The notes below the pieces were generated by a model, which saw only the letters and a list, made by a program, of their open reading frames with translations, was not told the DNA's origin and did no database searches. DNA of 64,000 nt from Planctomycetota bacterium (GTDB lineage: Bacteria > Planctomycetota > UBA1135 > GCA-002748355). Below are positions 37,201-45,276 of the stretch, piece by piece; the first letter of the stretch is position 1; the number at the start of each line of letters is the position of its first letter. Location of the stretch: positions 218,023-282,022 of the forward strand of contig JACKHW010000005.1 in the NCBI GenBank assembly GCA_020638795.1. Direction: 5' to 3'. The position numbers and the translations under genes were made by a program.

Positions 37201-38124
37201 TTCGAGCGCCTCACGGCGACTGCGCTCTTCGGCTCGGAGACTCGCGACGAGATCGCGAAGCTCCGAATGACGCGACGACAACGCGCGAGCGTCTTCTTCG
37301 ACCTCGGCCAGTTCGCGGCGCGCTTCGACCCGACCCGTCTCTGCGGCTCGGATGCGGGCTTCGAGACTCTCGAGTTCGATGTCGACCGAGTCGAGTTTCG
37401 CGCGAAGCTCGATCGAGTCGAGAACGGCAACGGAGACTCGGAGCGCGACGAGCCGCTCGTTGGCCTCGCGCCAGGACCGAGCCTTGGTCGCCTGGATCTT
37501 GAGAGAGCGTACGCGACTCGCCTTCTCCTGCCGGAGATCCTGAACGCGGCCGAGATTGAGTTCGACGCGATCGAGCTTGCGCAGCGCCTCTTTGCGCCGG
37601 ACCTTGTATCGACTGATGCCAGCGGCCTCGTCGAAGATGCTGCGACGCTCGTCCGGGTTGGCCGAGAGGACCGCGTCGATGCGGCCCTGCTCCATGACCG
37701 AATAGCCGCCCACACCCAGACCGGTGTCGAGCAGCGCTTCCTTGACGTCCTTCAACCGGACGACGCGTCCATCGAGGAGATACTCGCTCTCGCCACTTCG
37801 ATAGAGCCGTCGAGCGATCGACATCTCGATGGGTTCGGGAGTCGCGGTCGCGACGTCGACGGTCTCGCGCTCGAGAACGAGCGTGACCTGCGCACATCCC
37901 ATGGCCGGCCGACCTTCGGCGCCGTGGAACACGACGTCGAGCATCTCCTTGCCGCGTTGACTCGAAGGTCGCTGGTCCCCCAGCACCCACTTCATCGCGT
38001 CGACGACGTTCGACTTGCCGCAGCCGTTCGGCCCGATGATCCCGGTCAGACCATCTCCGAAATCGAAGCCGGTCTTGTCCGCGAACGACTTGAACCCCTG
38101 CAGGGTCAGGCTCTTGAGCTTCAT
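34213..38124 (-). CDS. smc: Chromosome segregation protein SMC
   Basis: 1303 aa. The N-terminal Walker A is GPNGCGKSNVVDA. Long coiled coils flank a hinge. The C-terminal signature/Walker B is LSGGERSMTALAILFAVF...FCILDEVDAALD. Confidence 0.95.
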   Translation of the reverse strand: MKLKSLTLQGFKSFADKTGFDFGDGLTGIIGPNGCGKSNVVDAMKWVLGDQRPSSQRGKEMLDVVFHGAEGRPAMGCAQVTLVLERETVDVATATPEPIEMSIARRLYRSGESEYLLDGRVVRLKDVKEALLDTGLGVGGYSVMEQGRIDAVLSANPDERRSIFDEAAGISRYKVRRKEALRKLDRVELNLGRVQDLRQEKASRVRSLKIQATKARSWREANERLVALRVSVAVLDSIELRAKLDSVDIELESLEARIRAAETGRVEARRELAEVEEDARALSSRHSELRDLVASLRAEERSRREALEASEKRLLELRDLQARDAITSEETLALLDARRLELEDLQAGENELRARLEAAIDDVPSRTEAAKTARDRFREQQRVDERLSQRMLELMHDKTRARNIVRQEEIEGGAIRVRQEALREQVDTLEQRLATVRLEAIAGARECDDLTERHDRARAELERKIDEIRAHAADKDAVVQRSHAHARERSSLVSRIELLKDLEASYTGIDEAAKSLLGDDDGKQNGILARVALCIDFPIELGPALEAVLGPRVQALVVEDRARVDAALAQLEANKGARLALVDASRFGPRSSTNRADGATQDERGEHAADAKPLPDALPREGVPIADYCRFKEPAKALLADALAGVLLVPDLDAAYAAGERCVTLRGETVDGAWIQAGCAEVAASPLQRRSQLEHLSGRLEIVDRELEATRHEESSLDHVLEQHGAGRRRLEAMVESLDKNLTAATHAQQTRQARERETIEELELRRKELVRLEGQSITSLGARMHPIMNLVLLDRRERETLALQREARTALTGLDRDVHETQDRLAEAQTRKAGLDAEMRGRDQQRALLGAAIEDLEKRRRELERRSVSSTREHDETVSRIEQLRIEVVDFGCRAQAVEDIVQQASENLRELEAARDEGRRSVQEIESEYESAREARSTVYLRNQETSMRLERLDSEVYEDCGIELARLRGEVEGRGIWSEREVAGPELPPSGPVFERVVNSSLQGPTLPPDYWLPELELERLWEQDDFDRDEARKEAGVLRVRMQRMGAINLDAERELAEAERQFDQLERDCVDLEKAKRELIDAIHQINLESRKLFEETFHLARKNFQEIFRKLFQGGKADIELVETDDPLDAGIEIFARPPGKELRSIRLLSGGERSMTALAILFAVFQIRPSPFCILDEVDAALDEANVERFLRVLHDFTKETQFLVVTHHKRTMADCRVLYGVTMPRKGISSRMSVSLEDVESGAVDDVLDEGAASEAHVARIRTVDAEVPVRKPAARSKGAKKRTQDENVEATAEA

Positions 38125-38202
38125 CTCCCCGCTCCTGTTCGAGCAGGCAGATTCATGGCGCCCCGGTTGCCCTTCGAATCACTCATCTCCCCTCCCACGA
38201 CA

Positions 38203-38688
38203 TCACGAAGATTGCGCCTCCTCGGCCTCCCCGCCCTTCTTCTCGATCAAGGGCCGCAGTTCCTCGAGGAACTGCGACGCGTCCTTGAACTCGCGATAGA
38301 CGGAGGCGAACCGTACGTAGGCAACTTGGTCGAGATTGCGCAGTTCGAGCATCACGAGGTTGCCGATCATCGACGTCGGCACCTCGTTGTCGAACGCTTC
38401 CGAGCATTGACGCTCGACGCGATCGACGATCGTCTCGATCTGCTCCTTGCTGACCGGACGCTTCTCGCAGGCCTTGAACAGACCGTTGCGAATCTTGTCG
38501 CGATCGAAGGGCAGACGCATCCCGTCCTTCTTCACGACCCGCATCGGCGTCGACTCGACGCGCTCGTAGGTCGTGAAGCGCCGGCTGCACCCGAGACACT
38601 GCCGCCGCCGACGGATCGACAATCCGTCGGACGATGAACGCGAGTCGATGACCCGGTCGTTGTCCGTCTTGCAATACGGGCAGCGCAT
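38203..38688 (-). CDS. nrdR: Transcriptional repressor NrdR
   Basis: 161 aa. It has the zinc ribbon MRCPYC...CLGC, followed by an ATP-cone. Confidence 0.95.
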   Translation of the reverse strand: MRCPYCKTDNDRVIDSRSSSDGLSIRRRRQCLGCSRRFTTYERVESTPMRVVKKDGMRLPFDRDKIRNGLFKACEKRPVSKEQIETIVDRVERQCSEAFDNEVPTSMIGNLVMLELRNLDQVAYVRFASVYREFKDASQFLEELRPLIEKKGGEAEEAQSS

Positions 38689-38932
38689 GTCGCATCGTGC
38701 AGTCGTCGCCGATCGCCGTCTCGAAGGACTCGCGGCCCACAGCAGGCCACCGTGAGAACGGAACCGCCCCCGTCATCACGCGTGGACCTCGAGAATGAAC
38801 CCGAGGATCCCGAGCTTCGATCCCGAACGATCGACGCCCCGAGCTTAGCCCAGGGCGGATATCATGTCGCGAGCGAAACGCCGTAAGTCTCGCTCGGGCG
38901 CGGCCTCGCGCTGCTAGACGGTACGCACCGGA

Positions 38933-40351
38933 TCACTTGCCGAGGCAGAAGCGTGCGAAGATCCTGTCGAGGAGTTCTTCGGGAACCGACGCCGCATCGC
39001 TCGGTGCGAGGGCAGCTACCGCTTCGGCCAGTTCGGCGACGACGACTTCGTCTCCATGCTCGCGGCCGTCGAGTGCACGTCGAAGCGCCTCGATCGCGAC
39101 CTGGACGCGCACCTGCAGGTCATGGGCGCTCACCTTGGCACGCGCTCGAACTGCGAGGCCATCGAGTGCATCGCGGACCTCGCGCAATCCTTCGCCCGTG
39201 ATCGCCGAGCAACTCAGCCAACCGGGTAACACCTGTGGAGCCGCCCCGGCGAGGTCACTCTGCGTCGCGATCCGCAGCACGGGAGCGCCGATCCCGGCGA
39301 GAGGAGCACCCGTGAATTCATCGCCACCGGCACGCGCGGCAACAATCGCGAGCGGCAGCACGTGGACATAGCCATCGGACTGCTCGATCTCGTGGGTCAG
39401 GATCGCGAGTTCGTCGTCACCCGGAGGCAATCCGTCCCCGACGGACGGCTTCGGTCCTTCGCCGTCACGGCCCGGCGCATCGCCGATCCGAACCGACGAG
39501 ACGCGCGCCCAACGAACGTCGCGCGTCGTGCCAGCGAGCGGAGAGACGAGTCCGATCGCGTCGTCGTTGTCCGCACCGACACGCTCGAGCGATGCGACAT
39601 CCGCAGGACCATCGAGACGGCGCAGGGCATTCCAGAGACTCGTCTTTCCGGCGTTCGGTGGCCCGACGAGCACGAATGACGGCAGCGACGAACGCTCCAT
39701 CCGCAGGTCCTCGGCGAGCAGTTGCTCCATGCGATCGACGAGACCCTCGAGGCGAGGAACCCACTGCACCGCGTCGACGGCTCCAGTCTCGCCTTCCTCG
39801 AAATCGAGACCCGACTCGAGCAAGGCGATCAGATCGACGAGCTCTTCGCGCCACGCGCTGCCATAGTTCTCGTCCGTTCCCTGCAACAACCTCGTGGCGC
39901 GCACGAGTTCGGCCTCGTCCTCGGCCTGAATGACGGCGAGCACCGCCTCCGCTTGTCTCAGATCGAGCTTCTCGTGTTCGAATGCACGCCGCGTGAACTC
40001 TCCTGGACCCGCCGGACGCAGACCACGACCGAGCAGCACGTCCTCGAGCAACTCCGCAATCGACGGCGAGATGATCGTGTGGACCTCGACGACGTCCTCG
40101 CCGGTGTAACTACCAGGGGCCGGGAAGAGCAGCAAGCGCGCCGGAAGCACGACACACGACGACCACTTGCCCGGCAGTTCGAGATCGATGTCGAGAACGC
40201 GACGTTCGCGCGGAAGGTCGCCTCGCACGATCGAGGCGACGACCTCGAACGCGCGATTTCCCGAGATCCGGAACGCACCCCGATCCGCAGCTACCGACGG
40301 AGTCGCGAGGGCGAAGATCGTGTCCGTATGCGCCTCGGCACGCACGAGCAC
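38933..40351 (-). CDS. mnmE: tRNA modification GTPase MnmE (TrmE)
   Basis: N-terminus is DTIFALATP...FRISG. G-domain motifs are GPPNAGKTSL and DAPG. The C-terminal signature is FCLGK. I chose the start at GTG 40351 (GGAG lies 7-8 nt upstream), just after the anti-sigma stop at 40365. The longer track ORF would overlap that gene. Confidence 0.88.
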   Translation of the reverse strand: MLVRAEAHTDTIFALATPSVAADRGAFRISGNRAFEVVASIVRGDLPRERRVLDIDLELPGKWSSCVVLPARLLLFPAPGSYTGEDVVEVHTIISPSIAELLEDVLLGRGLRPAGPGEFTRRAFEHEKLDLRQAEAVLAVIQAEDEAELVRATRLLQGTDENYGSAWREELVDLIALLESGLDFEEGETGAVDAVQWVPRLEGLVDRMEQLLAEDLRMERSSLPSFVLVGPPNAGKTSLWNALRRLDGPADVASLERVGADNDDAIGLVSPLAGTTRDVRWARVSSVRIGDAPGRDGEGPKPSVGDGLPPGDDELAILTHEIEQSDGYVHVLPLAIVAARAGGDEFTGAPLAGIGAPVLRIATQSDLAGAAPQVLPGWLSCSAITGEGLREVRDALDGLAVRARAKVSAHDLQVRVQVAIEALRRALDGREHGDEVVVAELAEAVAALAPSDAASVPEELLDRIFARFCLGK

Positions 40352-40364
40352 CGCTCGCTCCTGC

Positions 40365-42926
40365 TCAACGACCGCTGCCGGACGACGCGGCGTCCCAGGC
40401 ATCAGCGCCGGGCAGCACCCCGTCCGCACCGACGACGACCGCACGGCCATCGACTTCGATGCGCAGGCGCCCCGGCGGCAACTCCGAACTGCGCAGGACG
40501 CCTTCGTCCCCGATACGCGCACTCGCCTCGAACCCTTCGAAGGCTCCATCGAGGATCGTCAATCGTGCGAGACGCGAGCCGAAGACAGGTGGTACGTGAG
40601 CAGCGATCGAGCGTGTGGCGGCGAGTCCGACTCGATGTGCCGACTTGGCTTCATCGACCACGTAGCGCCCACCACCGACGAACAGGTCCTGCGTGCCGGA
40701 AACGGCGAGCACCTGCACCGCCGCACCTCGTGGAAGGTCCGACACGAGAATGCGACCGTCCAAATCGGTCCAGCCCGCGAACCAGGCAGCCCCACCTCCG
40801 ACCCGCACGTAGATCCGAGCGGCCTCGACCGGCACGACGAGTTCGGTACCACCGACGACGCGAAGATCGAGTTCGGCGCTCTTACCGCGCTCACCACGAC
40901 TCGACGAGGGGCGCGGCGCATCGCGTCCAAACACCGAAGCGACGAGTCCAGTGTCGACGCGCAGCGCGTGCTGGCTCGAGTCGACCTTGGCAGCACTCGC
41001 GGCCAACGCGTTCCCACCGGCCCAAGCACGCGGCGGGGCCGCGAGCAGCGCAACGGCTCCCTTGCCCGTGGCTCGCGGTTCGCCTTCGTGCGCACTGCGC
41101 GGCGCCCCGGTCCCCTCGTCCTCCCACCAGTGCAGCGTCGTGCCGGTCAGGAGACGTACCTGAACCGTGCTACGTCCGGCAGCCGGCAGATCGATACGCT
41201 CGACGCGCGCGACGAGATCCGCGGCAACTCCCTGCGGACGCTTGAGGATCCAAACGACCCGCGTCGCCGGATTCTGGACCGGGAGTTCGACCGGATCGCC
41301 ATCGCTGACCCGGATCAACAACTGGTTGGATTCGGCGGTCTCGTCGATGCCGTATTCGACGTGCAGCGGCATGCTCACGGATGCGGGCTCGACGACGTAC
41401 GCGGTGGACTCGCCAGCGCTCTCGGGGGGCAAGCGGTCCATCACGAACGCACCGTTCTCGTCGCTGATCGCCTCGACGCCATCGAGCATCCTCGCGGTCC
41501 CGACGAATCCATCGATTCGCAGCGCGCGCACGTGGGCACCGACGAGTGCGGCACCGTCGGCACCGATCAGGCGCCCGCGGCGTTCTCCAACCGAGGCGAG
41601 CCGGACTTCTTCGTAGACCGTCTCCCCGGGCGCCGGGCGATCCCGGAACGAGCGGAAGGGCATCGCCGCGAGATCACCGCGGCCTGACGGCGCCAGCGCC
41701 GAAAGCCACAAGTCGTTCGACGCTGTCTCCGACGACCGGGCGTCGGCCATCGCGATCCGCAACTCGTACGACCCGTCGTCCCCACTCACGGCCGTGACTT
41801 CGCGCTCACCCGAGTGGATCGCGACGCGAGCGCCAGGGACGGCCTCACCGCGAGCACGCACGATGCCGCGCACGACGACGTCGTCGCGACGCGACGCGAG
41901 GTTCTCCGGCCCGCCGCGAACCTCCGGCTCGCTCAGCCGGGCAAACGCCTCGCTGGACGCGAGCGGGTGAATGGCAACGGGACGCAAGGGTTCGAGCATG
42001 GCGAGGCTACCGCTCGCGACCGCGACGTCGACGCCCCCGGTGCGCAAACCCGCGGCGCCTTCGTAGACGCGTACGGTGATGCGGTCGAGGCCCGGCATCG
42101 CGAGACCGATCGATCGCCCTTCGACGCCTTCGACGACCACTTCGTAACGCCCGGGTTGCAGACCGAGAGCGTGACCTCCCGGCAGATCGACGGCGAGTCG
42201 CTCCGCAGTGGTCGCTTCGCTCGACGCGAGAAGTTCGCCGTCTTCGAGCGCGATGTGATCCCGCGAGATGATCGTGAAGCGACCTCGACCCTCGAGGCCG
42301 ATCCGCCACCCGCCCGCTGGTTCGAGCCCCGCGCCGGCAACACCGGCGGGCTCCCCACTCGAGAGCACGATGTGACCGCGATTCAGCTCACCGGAATACG
42401 GCAACGAGACGGCATCGCCCGCATGCAGGCCGCCGGCGTTCGAAGCTTCGACGACGACCCAGCCGCGTGGCGTCACCGGTGCCTCGACTTTCTTGGAGAG
42501 GAAGTACGGCAGCGAGAACGCGACGAGAACGACGGCTGCGGCGAGTGCGACGGCGATGCGGCGTGCCCGGTGGTTCCGGACCGGCGGCGCTTCGCCGAGG
42601 TCCTCGCGAACCTGGTCGAGCACGCGACTCGTGAAGCCACGCCCCCGAACACTGCGCGGCGGCTCGACGACGCTTTCATGCGCGAGCGCGTCCCGAACGC
42701 GATCCATGACCGCGTCGGTGAAGTCCACCGGCGGCTCCATCGGCACGAGCGCTTCGCGAAGGCGCAGCGTCTCGAGTTCGATGCAGGACAGTTCGATGCC
42801 GCAGCGCTTGCACGCCACGACGTGTTCGTCGACCCAGTCGCGCAATCGACCCTCGAGTTCGCGATCGCAGTAGGCGACGAGCAACGAATCGCACTTGCGA
42901 CACTCTCTCGAACGTGCGGGACTCAT
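40365..42926 (-). CDS. Anti-sigma factor (zf-HC2 type) with one TM helix and a large extracytoplasmic region containing carboxypeptidase-regulatory-like domains
   Basis: ATG at 42926 overlaps the sigma gene stop (ATGA). The zinc-finger region is CRKCDSLLVAYCDRELE...HVVACKRCG. The TM helix is IAVALAAAVVLVAFSLPYFL. A CarboxypepD_reg-like segment reads VVVRGIVRARGEAVPGARVAIHSG...DDGSYEL. Confidence 0.8.
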   Translation of the reverse strand: MSPARSRECRKCDSLLVAYCDRELEGRLRDWVDEHVVACKRCGIELSCIELETLRLREALVPMEPPVDFTDAVMDRVRDALAHESVVEPPRSVRGRGFTSRVLDQVREDLGEAPPVRNHRARRIAVALAAAVVLVAFSLPYFLSKKVEAPVTPRGWVVVEASNAGGLHAGDAVSLPYSGELNRGHIVLSSGEPAGVAGAGLEPAGGWRIGLEGRGRFTIISRDHIALEDGELLASSEATTAERLAVDLPGGHALGLQPGRYEVVVEGVEGRSIGLAMPGLDRITVRVYEGAAGLRTGGVDVAVASGSLAMLEPLRPVAIHPLASSEAFARLSEPEVRGGPENLASRRDDVVVRGIVRARGEAVPGARVAIHSGEREVTAVSGDDGSYELRIAMADARSSETASNDLWLSALAPSGRGDLAAMPFRSFRDRPAPGETVYEEVRLASVGERRGRLIGADGAALVGAHVRALRIDGFVGTARMLDGVEAISDENGAFVMDRLPPESAGESTAYVVEPASVSMPLHVEYGIDETAESNQLLIRVSDGDPVELPVQNPATRVVWILKRPQGVAADLVARVERIDLPAAGRSTVQVRLLTGTTLHWWEDEGTGAPRSAHEGEPRATGKGAVALLAAPPRAWAGGNALAASAAKVDSSQHALRVDTGLVASVFGRDAPRPSSSRGERGKSAELDLRVVGGTELVVPVEAARIYVRVGGGAAWFAGWTDLDGRILVSDLPRGAAVQVLAVSGTQDLFVGGGRYVVDEAKSAHRVGLAATRSIAAHVPPVFGSRLARLTILDGAFEGFEASARIGDEGVLRSSELPPGRLRIEVDGRAVVVGADGVLPGADAWDAASSGSGR

Positions 42927-43513
42927 TCTTCCCACCTCTTCCAGAGACGTGCGTGCAGGAGTTCGCGGGCGCGACTGAGGCGCACCTTGAGACTCGAGAG
43001 CGAGACCCCGACCGTGTCCGCGATTTCTTGATTGGTCAGCCCGTGCAGATACTTGAGCACGAGCGGCGTCCGATACTGCTCGCTCAGATCCCCGAGCGCG
43101 CGGTGGACATCCTCGCTATCGAGTCGGTTTTCACCGGCACCGGCGTTCGGGTCGAGGAGGTTGTCGGGTTCGACGGCGAGCAGGTCGCTGTTGACGACCG
43201 TGCGGGCTTGACGCTTACGCAGGATGTCCCTGGCCGCGTTGCTCGCGATGCGGAGGAGCCATGGCGAGACCTTGCGGTCGAGGTCATAGGTCTCGCGCGC
43301 TCGGAAGGCCTTGACGAAGGCGTCCTGACTCGCTTCTTCGGCATCCTCGCGTGAGCGCAGGATCTGGAAGCAGAGACTGAAGACTCCGACCTTGTACCGT
43401 TCGACGAGCCGCTCGAACGCAACGAGATCGCCGTCGCGCACGCGCGTCATCAAATCCTCGTCACTCGCACGTGCGAGGGACCGCGGGGATGTTGGCCGTT
43501 CTTGGTCGGACAT
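42923..43513 (-). CDS. ECF-type RNA polymerase sigma-70 family factor
   Basis: 196 aa. Region 2 reads FERLVERYKVGVFSLCFQILRSREDAEEASQDAFVKAF. Region 4 reads LKYLHGLTNQEIADTVGVSLSSLKVRLSRARELL. Confidence 0.92.
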   Translation of the reverse strand: MSDQERPTSPRSLARASDEDLMTRVRDGDLVAFERLVERYKVGVFSLCFQILRSREDAEEASQDAFVKAFRARETYDLDRKVSPWLLRIASNAARDILRKRQARTVVNSDLLAVEPDNLLDPNAGAGENRLDSEDVHRALGDLSEQYRTPLVLKYLHGLTNQEIADTVGVSLSSLKVRLSRARELLHARLWKRWEE

Positions 43514-43901
43514 GGGCGATCGCGGCGGAAGCTCCCGCCAGGTCGTGACTCCAGCCGCCGCGCGGCCAGTGCCTTGGATTGTGGAAGTAGCGAATCTGTA
43601 TGGTTTCGGTCCGAACCGCGCCGAAACGAGTCAGGTGTCGCGGATCGATACGTCGCCCCGATGCTCGGAAGCCAGGATATCCGCCAAGCTTGTGACGTTT
43701 TCCACGCGCCGGGAACCCGGTGCGGCCGAATCTGGGAAAACGACCCCGACGCGGCCACGATCCTTGGCATTTTTCCCGAATCCTCAAGCGTTTTTCGGAC
43801 GCTGCCGATGCAGGAACCGAACGCGAACTGCCGGCGACATCGCAGGATCCACTGCAAGCTCGCCGCCACCGCCGCCGCTGCTCTGCACTCGGGACTCACG
43901 A

Positions 43902-44483
43902 ATGGCCAAGAACGGAACGCGACAAGCTCTCTTCTTCGACTTGCACGGCATCCTCGTCCGCCCCTGGGCCGATCGTGAGGATTACTGCAACCCGACGTTC
44001 TACGAGGGCGCGCTCGACGCACTGCGCCGCGTCGACCCGTCGAGGATGGACCTCTTCGTCGCCACGAACCAACCTGCCGTCGCCGAGGGCGTGCTGCGCG
44101 AACGCGACTTCAAGCGTTTCCAGGAAGCCGTCTGTCAGCGTTTCGAACTCGAAGGAATCCCGCTCCGCAAGTTTTACGCGTGCCTCTACGACCCCAAGGG
44201 CAAGGGGCGTTGGCGCAAGGAATCGGTCTTCCGCAAACCGAACACGGGCATGTTCCGCATGGCCGAACAGGAGTTCGACCTCAACCTGCGTCGCTGCTGG
44301 CTGATCGGCGACACGACGACGGACATCCTCGCCGGGAGCCGCGCCAATCTCGGCACCATTCTCGTGCGCACCGGCGCCGCGGGTCAGGACGACTCGTTCC
44401 AGATCCGTCCGCACTTCGAGGAAGACGACTTCGAGGCCGCGATCCGCCGCCTCAACTACTACGAACTCTCGCTCACCCGCTGA
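43902..44483 (+). CDS. HAD-IIIA phosphatase, GmhB/histidinol-phosphatase-like
   Basis: ATG at 43902. Family blocks are VATNQPAVAEG, FRKPNTGM and IGDTTTDILAG. Motif I reads FFDLHG rather than the canonical DxDG. Confidence 0.75.
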   Translation: MAKNGTRQALFFDLHGILVRPWADREDYCNPTFYEGALDALRRVDPSRMDLFVATNQPAVAEGVLRERDFKRFQEAVCQRFELEGIPLRKFYACLYDPKGKGRWRKESVFRKPNTGMFRMAEQEFDLNLRRCWLIGDTTTDILAGSRANLGTILVRTGAAGQDDSFQIRPHFEEDDFEAAIRRLNYYELSLTR

Positions 44484-44520
44484 GCCCGACGCGTCGTCGA
44501 ACCGGCGAACGCTTCGCGCG

Positions 44521-45210
44521 TCACCGCGGCTTCGGCGGCTTCGTCCCCAGCGCGAGCAGCGGTGTGCCGGCCGCCCCGGCGGCCAGGCTCGCGAAGTGTG
44601 CCCTGACGTCGATTCCATCCAGCACGCCGACCCAACCGAAGGCCTGCTGCACCGGCCCGATCTGAAGCACGAAGAACGACGCGAAGAAGAGCCAGCACGG
44701 CAACTCGACCATCCGCAAGAAGCGCACGGATGCCCGTCGGAACAGCGCGAGGTACGCACCGAGGAGGGACGCGATCGCACCGGTCGCGCCGACGACCGGA
44801 AGTTGTCCACGTGGGTGGAGCCAGACATGGGTAACCCCGGCGACGAGTGCGCCGGCGATCCACAACATCGACATGCGCACGATCCCGAGGCGCCCTTCGA
44901 CGTTGTCGCCGAACAGCCACACGAAGAGTACGGCGGACGCGAGGTGTAGCGGGCCCGCGACGAGGATCGACGCTCCGAGCATGTGCAGGACCATGTTGAC
45001 GGCCGACGTTGCCGACTCGTGCCACGAACGGGACGATGCGTGGACGAGAGCGTGCCAGCCGTTCGCGACGTCTGCCGGGACGAACGCGAGTTCGGCAGGC
45101 ATGCTCGGAATCGAACGACGCATGACCACGTAGATGCCGACGAGGCCGAACGCGAACAACGGAACCAAGAACGCGAAGCGGTGGTGCGGCGCGGTATCCG
45201 AGAGCGGCAT
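44521..45210 (-). CDS. Rhomboid-family intramembrane protein
   Basis: 229 aa and polytopic. Family blocks are WHESATSAVNMVLHMLG, LFGDNVEGRLG, VVGATGAIASLLGAY and VRAHFASLAAGAAG. Confidence 0.8.
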   Translation of the reverse strand: MPLSDTAPHHRFAFLVPLFAFGLVGIYVVMRRSIPSMPAELAFVPADVANGWHALVHASSRSWHESATSAVNMVLHMLGASILVAGPLHLASAVLFVWLFGDNVEGRLGIVRMSMLWIAGALVAGVTHVWLHPRGQLPVVGATGAIASLLGAYLALFRRASVRFLRMVELPCWLFFASFFVLQIGPVQQAFGWVGVLDGIDVRAHFASLAAGAAGTPLLALGTKPPKPR

Positions 45211-45276
45211 GCCCGCAGACTCTGACGAGCCAGCCGCTTCCCTGCAACGCGCGATGCTTACGACGACCTCACGACG

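Noticed and set aside
35665-38637. 990-aa + strand ORF
   Set aside because: It is antisense to smc. Coiled-coil codons (GAG, CTC, CGC, GCG) are free of stops on the reverse strand. The minus-strand SMC has Walker A, a hinge and signature motifs.
43514-43901. 388-bp divergent intergenic region inspected for an ncRNA, riboswitch or small ORF
   Set aside because: It contains only a 7-bp hairpin (GTTTCGG...CCGAAAC) and Arg-rich junk ORFs. Nothing is supportable beyond the weak ECF-like motif reported separately.
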